Assembly: GCA_021159105.1 (NCBI GenBank)
Contig: JAGGSM010000091.1
Coordinates: 1 to 34,484, forward strand
Length of the DNA: 34,484 nucleotides
Direction of reading: 5' to 3'
DNA from: Candidatus Bipolaricaulota bacterium
Lineage (GTDB): Bacteria > Bipolaricaulota > Bipolaricaulia > UBA7950 > UBA9294
Under the pieces are notes generated by a model that saw only the letters and a program-made list of their open reading frames with translations, did no database searches and had not been told where the DNA came from. Of the stretch, positions 26,702 to 34,282 are shown piece after piece. The position numbers and the translations under genes were made by a program. Positions within the stretch are counted from its first letter, which is position 1. Every line of letters begins with the position of its first letter.

Positions 26702-27829
26702 ATGGCAATGGCAGACGAGAGAGTTCTTACGCCCCCAGCGAGGCTGATGGTGATTGGGGTCGGTGGCGGAGGGGGAAACGCCGTCGATCGAATGTTCTCC
26801 GATGGCCGTGTCAACGGGGTGGAGTTCGTCGTGGTCAACACCGATGCACAGGTGCTGGAGGTCGTCAAGGCTCACCACACGCTGCAGATCGGCAGAAAAC
26901 TGACGAGCGGGCTTGGCGCCGGTGGGAACCCGGAGATCGGCCGCCTCGCCGCTGAGGAGAGCCACGAGGAGATCGCTGATCTGCTCACCGGTGTGGATAT
27001 GGCGTTCATCACCTGCGGAATGGGTGGTGGAACCGGGACCGGAGCGGCTCCTGTGATCGCCTCCCTTGCCAAGGAAGCGGGAATACTGACCACTGGCATT
27101 GTTACGCGTCCATTCTCATTTGAGGGCCTGGCGCGCGCTGAGAAGGCGGAGGCGGGTATCGCCCGGCTCTCACAGGAGGTCGATGCGCTGATCACCATCT
27201 CCAACGACAAGCTACTGAAGGTCGCTCCGACAGACACACCGATCACGCGTGCCTTTGAGATGGCCGATGAGGTCCTCCGTCAGGGGGTGGAAGGGATATC
27301 CGACCTGATAACCGTCCCCGGCATGATCAACCTCGACTTCGCCGACATAGAAAGCGTCATCCGTGGCGCGGGTACGGCGATGATGGGGATCGGTGAGGGA
27401 GAAGGTGAAGGTAAGACGAAGGAAGCGGCAAGAAATGCTATCCTATCGCCACTCTTGGATGCCTCGATCAAGGGCGCTCGCAAGGTGATCATGAACATCA
27501 CCGGCGGAAACGACCTCACGCTGGAGGAAGTGACGGAAGCGGCATCACTCATCCGCGAAGCGGTCTCCGATCGTGCCGACATCATCTTCGGCACAGCGAT
27601 ACGTGATGGAATGGAGAAGGTGCGTTTGACCGTGATTGCAACGGGATTTGCTTCGGTCCGTCCGGGAGAGGAGGAGGAGGGAACAGCGCTCGGAAACGAG
27701 ACGATGCTCGCGAAACTCCAGAAGGAGAGGCCGCGCGGTTCAGACGACTTCGACATACCGACCTACCTGCGCAGGAGCCGTAAGGTGAGAGACGAGAAAT
27801 CGCGTCCGTGGGGAAGCGATGGGGATTAG
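26702..27829 (+). CDS. ftsZ: Cell division GTPase FtsZ
   Basis: [12 protein letters not shown] and [15 protein letters not shown] (tubulin signature), plus a C-terminal [11 protein letters not shown] peptide. Confidence 0.96.
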   Translation: MAMADERVLTPPARLMVIGVGGGGGNAVDRMFSDGRVNGVEFVVVNTDAQVLEVVKAHHTLQIGRKLTSGLGAGGNPEIGRLAAEESHEEIADLLTGVDMAFITCGMGGGTGTGAAPVIASLAKEAGILTTGIVTRPFSFEGLARAEKAEAGIARLSQEVDALITISNDKLLKVAPTDTPITRAFEMADEVLRQGVEGISDLITVPGMINLDFADIESVIRGAGTAMMGIGEGEGEGKTKEAARNAILSPLLDASIKGARKVIMNITGGNDLTLEEVTEAASLIREAVSDRADIIFGTAIRDGMEKVRLTVIATGFASVRPGEEEEGTALGNETMLAKLQKERPRGSDDFDIPTYLRRSRKVRDEKSRPWGSDGD

Positions 27830-27859
27830 AAGCCTGCGGTAAGTAGAATGTTTCTGCTC

Positions 27860-27943
27860 TGCCAGAGGTGGGAGTCGAACCCACACGACCCGAGGGCCAC
27901 GGGATTTTGAGTCCCGCGCGTCTGCCAATTCCGCCACTCTGGC
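27860..27943 (-). tRNA. tRNA-Leu (anticodon CAA)
   Basis: The minus strand reads GCCAGAGTGGCGGAATTGGCAGACGCGCGGGACTCAAAATCCCG TGGCCCTCGGGTCGTG TGGGTTCGACTCCCACCTCTGGCA. It has a 7-bp acceptor stem, a CUCAAAA anticodon loop, a long variable arm and a GGTTCGA T-loop. CCA is not encoded. Confidence 0.9.
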
Positions 27944-27954
27944 TTGATGATGTG

Positions 27955-27983
27955 ATTCTATCCGCTCCCGCGTTGTCCGTCAA
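27955..27983 (-). promoter_or_regulatory. Sigma70-type promoter for tRNA-Leu
   Basis: The minus strand reads TTGACG, a 17-nt spacer, then TAGAAT. The tRNA 5' end lies 11 nt downstream of the -10. Confidence 0.5.
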
Positions 27984-28018
27984 AGGAATGTCGTGAGGCG
28001 TTCGGGTATGTTTCAGTG

Positions 28019-28345
28019 TCACTTCACGATGTGATCGGCCCACAGGGACTCGATGTCGTAGAAATTGCGCGCTTCTTTGGTGAACACATGCACCACGATC
28101 TCCCCGTAGTCGAGGACCACCCATCGCTGCTCACTCACCCCTTCGCGGTGCAGCGGTTTGTGCGGGAGGTTCGAGCGCAGTGCTGAGATTATCGCCTTCA
28201 CGTGCACCGGGTTCTCCCCCTCGGCGATGACGAAGTACTCCGTTGGAATCGGAGCATCACGCAGGTCGATGACCACACTGCGCCCCCCCTTCTTCTCATC
28301 GATCAGCTGGAGGATCGTATCCAGCAGTCCGTTCTCGTTAGTCAT
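28019..28345 (-). CDS. rsfS: Ribosome silencing factor RsfS (iojap-like)
   Basis: YFVIAEGENPVHVKAI ... WVVLDYGEIVVHVFTKEARNFYDIESLW. Confidence 0.92.
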   Translation of the reverse strand: MTNENGLLDTILQLIDEKKGGRSVVIDLRDAPIPTEYFVIAEGENPVHVKAIISALRSNLPHKPLHREGVSEQRWVVLDYGEIVVHVFTKEARNFYDIESLWADHIVK

Positions 28346-29520
28346 TTAATATCAAATCCTTTCCCCGCTATCAGCAGAATGTCCGTCCCTTCTGGAGTGA
28401 ACGGCAAGAGCGCGTCGTAGTGCTCGGAGAGTTCGTCTGGGGAGACGATCGTCGCTTCATCCGGCTGCGGAAGAGCAGTCCGCAGCATCTGGGCTTTTGC
28501 CATGTCTGTAAGGGCGATGATGTACGTCTTATCGTAGCCAAAAGTCTCGGCGTTTCCTACCTTATTCACGACGAAATCGCGCGCTTTCAGGTAGTCTCCC
28601 GTTCTGCTCGCTACCATCCTCGTCCCATTTCCGTTGAACACTGCCACCGTGACCTCGCTTGGCGTGAGGATGTCCGCGCCGCGGATCAGGTGAGCCACCA
28701 AGCGCTCCATCCTCACTACTTGTGGTTCCAAGCAGTTGACGCCGTCGATGGTTGCGGGAGTTCCGGGGATCGTCGCTATCTGCACATCCTTTGCGTTGGC
28801 CGCGCTCACGGTCTTCACGAGGTCGTACAGATCAACGAGGGATAGGTTCGTGTGAAGATAAGGATTGATATCGCGCACCAGCTTTCTCACGCTGCCTAGA
28901 TCCTTGCTCAGGACGCCCTTCTCCAGGATTGCTGCCATCAGCTTCTGCTGCCTCGTGATCCGCTTAAGGTCTCCCGTCTCACCGCGGTAGCGCACGAACT
29001 GGACCGCCGTTGCGCCATCGAGCGTTTGCTTTCCCGCCTTGATATCGATGTGCAACGCAGGGGTCGCGCTCTCGTCGTCGTACTTCATCGCCTCCTCGAC
29101 GGTGATCGTTACGCCACCGAGCAGGTCGACAAGATGCTCGAAGGCAGCGGAGTCAAGCCTGACATAGAACGGAACATCGATCCCCAGAAGAGCTGCCACC
29201 GTGCTTGTGGTGAGGCTTGCCCCGCTCTTAGTATAGGTGGTGTCCAGTCTGTTCATCTGCCCGTCGTTCAGCTTGACTCGCAGGTCGCTGGGGATGGACA
29301 GGAGCACCGGATCCCCGCTGGATGAAACGCTGAGGAGCGTCATGGTGTTGCTACGGCTTGTATCATCCGCATCATCGAGGTCGATTATCATCAACACGTT
29401 GGCCCTCATCTGCTGGGCCAGGATACGCCTCACATGCCGCTGAGTGATGAGATACCACCCGACGACGATCCCGATGATGATCACTACAGCACCCAGAGCA
29501 AACAGGACCTGTTTACGCAT
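28342..29520 (-). CDS. LytR-CpsA-Psr (LCP) family protein with a C-terminal LytR_C-like domain
   Basis: N-terminal TM anchor, an LCP core (SRSNTMTLLSV...IPSDLRV....G..NRLDTTY ... IDVPFYVRLD ... LVDLLGGVTITV), and a C-terminal VTVAVFNGNGTRMVASRTGDYLKARDF. ATG 29520 follows GAGGGGGAAG. 4-nt overlap with rsfS. Confidence 0.8.
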   Translation of the reverse strand: MRKQVLFALGAVVIIIGIVVGWYLITQRHVRRILAQQMRANVLMIIDLDDADDTSRSNTMTLLSVSSSGDPVLLSIPSDLRVKLNDGQMNRLDTTYTKSGASLTTSTVAALLGIDVPFYVRLDSAAFEHLVDLLGGVTITVEEAMKYDDESATPALHIDIKAGKQTLDGATAVQFVRYRGETGDLKRITRQQKLMAAILEKGVLSKDLGSVRKLVRDINPYLHTNLSLVDLYDLVKTVSAANAKDVQIATIPGTPATIDGVNCLEPQVVRMERLVAHLIRGADILTPSEVTVAVFNGNGTRMVASRTGDYLKARDFVVNKVGNAETFGYDKTYIIALTDMAKAQMLRTALPQPDEATIVSPDELSEHYDALLPFTPEGTDILLIAGKGFDIK

Positions 29521-29552
29521 TTTCTTCCCCCTCGTGATCGATCCTAAACTTG

Positions 29553-29581
29553 ACCCTATCACAACAAAAGGGGAATGTCAA
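29553..29581 (-). promoter_or_regulatory. Sigma70-type promoter for the LCP-rsfS unit
   Basis: The minus strand reads TTGACA, a 17-nt spacer, then TAGGGT. The SD and ATG at 29520 lie 32 nt downstream. Confidence 0.4.
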
Positions 29582-29702
29582 CTGCTGGAGGTGTCTCATA
29601 CAAGATAAGCATGAAGCGACGGGGAGGAAATCACTGCGAACGGCTCGAAGGTCACGAAAGAGTGAGGACCCTGAGCGCTGAGGGAGGATCGCGCAAGGTG
29701 TT

Positions 29703-29726
29703 GGGGGCGGCCAGGTGGCCGCCCCC
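29703..29726 (-). terminator. Strong GC hairpin downstream of trpB2 (putative terminator without a U-tract)
   Basis: GGGGGCGGCC aggt GGCCGCCCCC is a perfect 10-bp stem, 41 nt after the trpB2 stop. Neither strand has a flanking T-run, so its function is uncertain. Confidence 0.45.
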
Positions 29727-29766
29727 AGCGGGTAGTGCATGCAGGAAGAACGGGTGTTGCACGGCT

Positions 29767-31068
29767 TCAGCTTGTGCGGACCAGCTTGCCAGCGAGGTAC
29801 GCATTGTAGGCTGACATGTCGAAGTGACCGTGGCCGGAGAACCCGATCAGGATCACCTTCTTCTCATCCTTGCGCGCGCACTCGCGAGCAAGCTCCATCG
29901 CCGCGTGTACGGCGTGCGATGTCTCCGGCGCGGGGATGATCGCCTCGGTACGGGCGAACAGGACCGCGTCTTTGAACACATCCACCTGATCGTACGCTCT
30001 TGGTTCGATCACTCCGTCTTCGACCAAGCGCGTGATGATCGGAGCCATCCCATGGTAGCGTAGCCCGCCAGCATGGATCGGAGGCGGCACGAACTTGTGC
30101 CCCAGCGTGTGCATCCGGAGAAGCGGTGTCATCTCCGCCTCGTCACCGAAATCGTAGCGCACCTCACCCTTGGTGATCGTTGGACAGGCTGTCGGTTCTG
30201 TAGCGATGAATTCTACCTTTCGCCCACGCTCCTGTGCATCGTGAAGGATGGGGAGCATCAGCCCGCCGAAGTTCGATCCGCCACCAACGCAGCCGACAAC
30301 TGCATCCGGATACTCTCCGGCGATCTCCATCTGCGAGAGCGACTCCTGACCGATGACCGTCTGGTGCATGAGCACGTGATTGAGCACGCTTCCCAGCGCG
30401 TACTTGGCTCCGGTGCTCATGGCCAGTTCGATCGCCTCGGAGATGGCGATCCCAAGCGAACCAGGTGAGTCAGGGTTCTCGCTCAGGATCTTGCGTCCCG
30501 CGTCCGTGCGATCGGATGGAGAAGCGACGATCTCCCCTCCGTACAGCTCGATCATCGCCTTACGATACGGCTTCTGCTGGTAGGAAATCTTGACCATGAA
30601 CACGGTCAGATCGATCCCCAGCGCCTGACAGGCAAAGGAGAGGGCGCTCCCCCACTGGCCGGCGCCGGTCTCGGTGGTGAGGCGCATCGTCCCCTCAAGC
30701 TTGTTGTAGTAGGCCTGCGGCACAGCGGTGTTCGTCTTGTGCGAGCCGGTTGGGCTCGCCCCCTCGTACTTGTAGTAGATGTGAGCGGGGGTATCGAGGA
30801 CGCGCTCCAGGTTCGTCGCGCGATAGAGCGGAGTCGGCCTCCACAGTCGGTACGTCTCCTGCACCTCGGGTGGAATGTCGATGTAGCGATCGGTCGACAC
30901 CTCCTGCTCCACGCAAGTCTTGGCAAAGAGCGCTGTCAGCGCTTCAGGGGAGAGCGGCTCCTGCGTGCGCGGATCGAGTGGTGGATCGAGCGGCCGGTCG
31001 AGATCCGCCTGAATGTTGTACCAACGAGTCGGCAAGTCGTGCTGATTTAGGTTGAAGATTCTCTGCAT
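29767..31068 (-). CDS. trpB2: TrpB2-type tryptophan synthase beta-chain-like PLP enzyme (stand-alone; no trpA or other trp genes in the window)
   Basis: 433 aa. [53 protein letters not shown] and HAGGLRYHG are typical of the long TrpB2 branch. An AAAGGAGA SD lies 7 nt upstream of the ATG. Confidence 0.88.
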   Translation of the reverse strand: MQRIFNLNQHDLPTRWYNIQADLDRPLDPPLDPRTQEPLSPEALTALFAKTCVEQEVSTDRYIDIPPEVQETYRLWRPTPLYRATNLERVLDTPAHIYYKYEGASPTGSHKTNTAVPQAYYNKLEGTMRLTTETGAGQWGSALSFACQALGIDLTVFMVKISYQQKPYRKAMIELYGGEIVASPSDRTDAGRKILSENPDSPGSLGIAISEAIELAMSTGAKYALGSVLNHVLMHQTVIGQESLSQMEIAGEYPDAVVGCVGGGSNFGGLMLPILHDAQERGRKVEFIATEPTACPTITKGEVRYDFGDEAEMTPLLRMHTLGHKFVPPPIHAGGLRYHGMAPIITRLVEDGVIEPRAYDQVDVFKDAVLFARTEAIIPAPETSHAVHAAMELARECARKDEKKVILIGFSGHGHFDMSAYNAYLAGKLVRTS

Positions 31069-31075
31069 TATGAAG

Positions 31076-31157
31076 TCTCCTTTGAAGATTGTTGGCGTGA
31101 TTTCGCTATTCGGACAAGTTGCGTGTTAGCGACGCCACCAAGGTTCAAAAGGAGGGA
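31076..31157 (-). promoter_or_regulatory. Long imperfect hairpin that base-pairs the trpB2 Shine-Dalgarno (candidate translational sequestrator)
   Basis: On the minus-strand RNA, CUCCUUUUGAA (31154-31144) pairs with UUCAAAGGAG (31086-31077). UUGGUGGCGU (31141-31132) pairs with ACGCCAACAA (31098-31089) with one mismatch. CGCUA (31131-31127) pairs with UAGCG (31108-31104). No U-tract follows the hairpin. Confidence 0.5.
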
Positions 31158-31195
31158 CTAATAGGCAGTTACGGCAGACGGTGAGCAGTTCGGAG

Positions 31196-31240
31196 TTAGC
31201 GACCCCAAACATACCCCCTAAGAATGGTATTTGTAAACAT
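31196..31240 (-). CDS. Candidate 14-codon leader peptide MFTNTILRGYVWGR (one Trp codon) in the trpB2 leader
   Basis: AUG 31240 lies exactly 9 nt after the putative -10 TAAGCT. UGG is at 31207-31205 and the UAA stop at 31198-31196. There is no independent coding evidence. Confidence 0.3.
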   Translation of the reverse strand: MFTNTILRGYVWGR

Positions 31241-31249
31241 GATGATCCC

Positions 31250-31278
31250 AGCTTACAGGATAGGCTGACAGTTGTCAA
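31250..31278 (-). promoter_or_regulatory. Sigma70-type promoter for the trpB2 leader
   Basis: The minus strand reads TTGACA (31278-31273), a 17-nt spacer, then TAAGCT (31255-31250). Confidence 0.45.
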
Positions 31279-31651
31279 GACTCCACTGGAGCCTTTCAGC
31301 GCTGTCGGTTCCCTTCTCGCCAAGATAGTCTATTGGTTCTCAGATAGCAGGAGAATGCCGGGAAAGGGACGTACTTATCCATGCAGGGCATTGCTATTCA
31401 TTGAGGCTTCGCGTCAATACTATCACTACAGACGTGACGACAACATTTCTGATTGGAAATTGCCGCAGTTACAGCAAGAAGCTAGTTAGTATGTCAGTGC
31501 GCGTTCGCATAGTAAATGACAGTCGATGAGGAGATTGTGTGGCCAAGTTCTGCGTGTACGTTGCGACAGACCTCGGGCCCGTCGCCTGGGAAGGTAATCT
31601 ACTTCGCATCTTTCGTCGACAAATGTCCCGATAGTAGATCACGTTTTCCCT

Positions 31652-31657
31652 TAACTT
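31652..31657 (+). promoter_or_regulatory. -10-like TAACTT placed 9 nt upstream of the ftsL ATG (leaderless-type arrangement)
   Basis: The plus strand reads TAACTT gggatagag ATG. I found no good -35 and no clear SD. Confidence 0.3.
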
Positions 31658-31666
31658 GGGATAGAG

Positions 31667-32029
31667 ATGGAACGCCAGAGAGAAGCGACGATCAGTCACC
31701 CGCTGCGTCGGCCGTACAGCCAGTCCCGCGTGCGCACGGTCACCTGGCCGCGTACGACCCTGGCCCTCATTTGTGGTGCTGTGATCATCGCTGCCGCGTG
31801 TTTTCTCTATGTCTGGCAGGGGACGAGGATCCTTGCACTGACTGCGCAGCGCGAGAGCGTGAAGCAGGCGATCACTTCTATCGAGGAGGTGAATAACTGG
31901 CTTGATTTCCAGATCGGACAGGCATTCTCGCTGGAGCGTGTATCGCGCATCGCGCGTGAGCAGCTGCACATGGTAGAGCCTTCCGATGTGCGCTATGTAC
32001 ACATCCCTCCCCAAAGAACAGAAAAATGA
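31667..32029 (+). CDS. ftsL: Cell division protein FtsL-like (septum formation initiator family)
   Basis: 120 aa. Basic N-terminus, a single TM segment (LALICGAVIIAAACFLYVW), a coiled-coil-like segment, and a ...REQLHMVEP... C-terminal motif. Sits immediately upstream of, and overlaps, ftsI. Confidence 0.7.
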   Translation: MERQREATISHPLRRPYSQSRVRTVTWPRTTLALICGAVIIAAACFLYVWQGTRILALTAQRESVKQAITSIEEVNNWLDFQIGQAFSLERVSRIAREQLHMVEPSDVRYVHIPPQRTEK

Positions 32030-33797
32030 GAAGACGTCAGCACGCGGCTGGATCATCATCGTCTTCCTGGTGATCGGCGGTATCGCTGTTGTCGGTCGCC
32101 TCGTCCAGTTGCAGATCGTCCAGCACGATCACTGGATGGCGCTGGCGAGCACGATCCAGGAGCAGACCGTCGACCTCCTCCCGCGCCGAGGAACGATCTA
32201 CGATCGCAACGGCGTAGCGCTCGCCTACGACGTGAAGGCGACGGCGATCGCCATCGACAGCTTCAACATGACCAATCCCGAGGCTATCTGTCAGATCCTC
32301 TCTGAAGAGCTCAATCGCCCGTTCGGTGAGATAGAGAGGCTCGTCTATCGTCCGCGCTACTTCACCTGGATCGACCGCAGCGTGGACCTGGAGGCGGCGA
32401 AGGAGATCAGACGGCGAGTGAGCGAGGCGAACGCAAACGGGCTGATCTTCATCGATACCTGGAAGCGCTGTTACCCACAAGGGGATCTTGCTTCGAACAT
32501 CATCGGTTTTGTCGGCACTGACGGACACGGGCTGGAAGGGATTGAGCTTGCCTACGATGACGAGCTGGCCGGCACGAGCGCGAAGATCCATGTGGTCAAA
32601 GGGGCGGATGGACGCACCTATCACACAGAGACGATCCAGGAGGGGGAGCCGGGGGACGACGTGTACCTGACGCTCGACTCCGATTTGCAGTTCATCTGCG
32701 AGAAGGAGATCGACAGTGGCGTCACCCGCTACCGCGCCAACACCGGTTTCATGATCCTCATCGATCCGAACACGGGTGAGGTCCTGGCGATGGCGCAGGA
32801 CAGGCGCTATGACCTGAACAGGTTCTGGGCATCGACTGCCCAGCAGCGCAAGAATCTGGCCACCGGCTTCCTGTTCGAGCCGGGATCTACGTTCAAGGCA
32901 TTCGCTGGCCTCGCCGCCCTCGACTGCGGTGCTGTTGTGCCGAGCGATACGTTCAACGGAAACGACGGGATCAACATCGCCGGCCACGTGATCCACAACT
33001 CCGACCATGAATCCTTCGGCACCGTGACCTTCGCCAAGACGATCAAGTACTCGATCAATACTGCAATGATCCGCGTTGCCCAGCTGCTAGGAGAGGACCG
33101 CCTCTACAACTTCCTCGTCGATCTGGGCTTCGGCAAGGCGACAGGGATTGAACTTCCAGGCGAGGTGAACGGGATTCTGCGCGACGTCAGTAAGTGGTCG
33201 AAGCTCGCCCTGGCCTCAACTGCGATCGGGCAATCGGTTGGCGTGACCGGGATCCAACTGGCACGGGCGATGGCGGCGGTGGCAAACGGAGGGAAGGTCC
33301 TCGCCGTGCACATCGTCAAACAGGTGGGCGATAGGAGGACCGAAACACCCACCATCCTGCGGACTGTCGCTGCGGAAGCGAGCGCTGCCACCATGCGCAC
33401 GCTCATGCGGGCTGTCGTCAAGGATGGGACGGCGCCGTGGGCCGATCTGCCCGGGTTTGAAGTGGCAGGAAAGACAGGGACAGCACAGAAAGCGATCCCT
33501 GGCAAGGGATATGTGGACGGCAAGTACACATCGCTCTTCTCCGGATTTTTCCCCGTTGACGCACCGAAATACCTTGGCCTCGTCGTCCTCGACGAGGTGA
33601 AGACGACACCGGTATGGGGTGGATACACGGCTGGAGCCATCTTCCATGATGCCGCCGCGCGCTTGGTACTGACAGAAAAGATCGCGCCGGTGGTCAGTGT
33701 GCAGGGGCAGACGCATGTGCAGTTGACCACACTGCAGCAAACAACAGCGCTCTCGGGGAGTACCTCCTCCCCGCCGGCCTGGCTGAAGCTTCCGTAG
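31986..33797 (+). CDS. ftsI: Class B penicillin-binding protein / peptidoglycan D,D-transpeptidase FtsI
   Basis: N-terminal TM segment, a PBP dimerisation domain (RGTIYDRNGVALA), the transpeptidase motifs STFK (EPGSTFKAF) and KTG (GKTGTAQK), and an SxN-like region (HNSDH). ATG 31995 is an alternative start. The last ~35 aa form a non-conserved-looking tail. Confidence 0.9.
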   Translation: MCAMYTSLPKEQKNEKTSARGWIIIVFLVIGGIAVVGRLVQLQIVQHDHWMALASTIQEQTVDLLPRRGTIYDRNGVALAYDVKATAIAIDSFNMTNPEAICQILSEELNRPFGEIERLVYRPRYFTWIDRSVDLEAAKEIRRRVSEANANGLIFIDTWKRCYPQGDLASNIIGFVGTDGHGLEGIELAYDDELAGTSAKIHVVKGADGRTYHTETIQEGEPGDDVYLTLDSDLQFICEKEIDSGVTRYRANTGFMILIDPNTGEVLAMAQDRRYDLNRFWASTAQQRKNLATGFLFEPGSTFKAFAGLAALDCGAVVPSDTFNGNDGINIAGHVIHNSDHESFGTVTFAKTIKYSINTAMIRVAQLLGEDRLYNFLVDLGFGKATGIELPGEVNGILRDVSKWSKLALASTAIGQSVGVTGIQLARAMAAVANGGKVLAVHIVKQVGDRRTETPTILRTVAAEASAATMRTLMRAVVKDGTAPWADLPGFEVAGKTGTAQKAIPGKGYVDGKYTSLFSGFFPVDAPKYLGLVVLDEVKTTPVWGGYTAGAIFHDAAARLVLTEKIAPVVSVQGQTHVQLTTLQQTTALSGSTSSPPAWLKLP

Positions 33798-33799
33798 AT

Positions 33800-34282
33800 C
33801 AGCCGCTCCCACTCCCTTATCCTTCTTGACGCGTTCCTTCCCTTACGACGACAAGTGTTCCTTACGATCGTCGCCAGATCCATGAACAGCGTGTGAAAGC
33901 TGTGCACCTGCATGCCATTGTCGAGTCCTTGGTTACCGTTTGAGCAGCCAGTCCAGCGCATCATACAGATCATCCTCACATACGTCAGTTACCCCGAGTT
34001 CCTCAGGAAGAGTGGTCGTATGTCACCAGCGCGCTGAGTGCAACTAAGATTCGCGGGATGCCATGAGGGGCGTATCTCTCGAGTGCGAATGGAATGCCCG
34101 TGATTGTTCTGTTGATTGTGCTCACTTGCAGGATGTATTGTAAGGGAATAGGGAATCACTTATAACATCATGTACTCCGGCACGAATGGCTACTCTGGGA
34201 CGCTCAATCTGTCTTGCCCTCGGTATCTAACGGATGTTCCCGCAAATTAAGGCGAGGGTAAGTGACTGAAAGCGTAGATGGG
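33800..34282 (-). pseudogene. Degraded IS4/IS1634-like transposase N-terminal remnant (several frames, internal stops, no DDE domain)
   Basis: Minus-strand fragments lie in different frames. One reads ...INRTITGIPFALERYAPHGIPRILVALSALVTYDHSS*. The next reads HTTTLPEELGVTDVCEDDLYDALDWLLKR*. A third reads ...QVHSFHTLFMDLATI... The E-L-G-(x)n-DD-LY-x-ALD-W-L pattern recalls, from my memory only, the region upstream of the catalytic domain in IS1634/IS4-type transposases. GC is lower here and there is no intact ORF of 60 aa or more. Confidence 0.4.

Noticed and set aside
31069-31340. Calling the trpB2 leader a canonical Trp T-box riboswitch
   Set aside because: UUGGUGGCGUCGC resembles the T-box core (GGGUGGNACCGCG) and contains UGGC, and CCGUAA resembles the F-box CCGUUA. 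However, the best promoter (TTGACA-17-TAAGCT) would start transcription downstream of the only Stem-I-like string (GAGAAGGGAA). The candidate UGG at CCAGUGGAG is buried in a 6-bp hairpin rather than a specifier loop, and there is no terminator. I kept it only as an alternative hypothesis, to be tested with Infernal.
31181-31489. ORF 31181..31489 (+) 102 aa, and its internal 45-aa version starting at AGGAGAATG
   Set aside because: It has no recognisable domain. It overlaps the trpB2 leader and promoter on the opposite strand. It has odd composition and essentially zero SD-ATG spacing.
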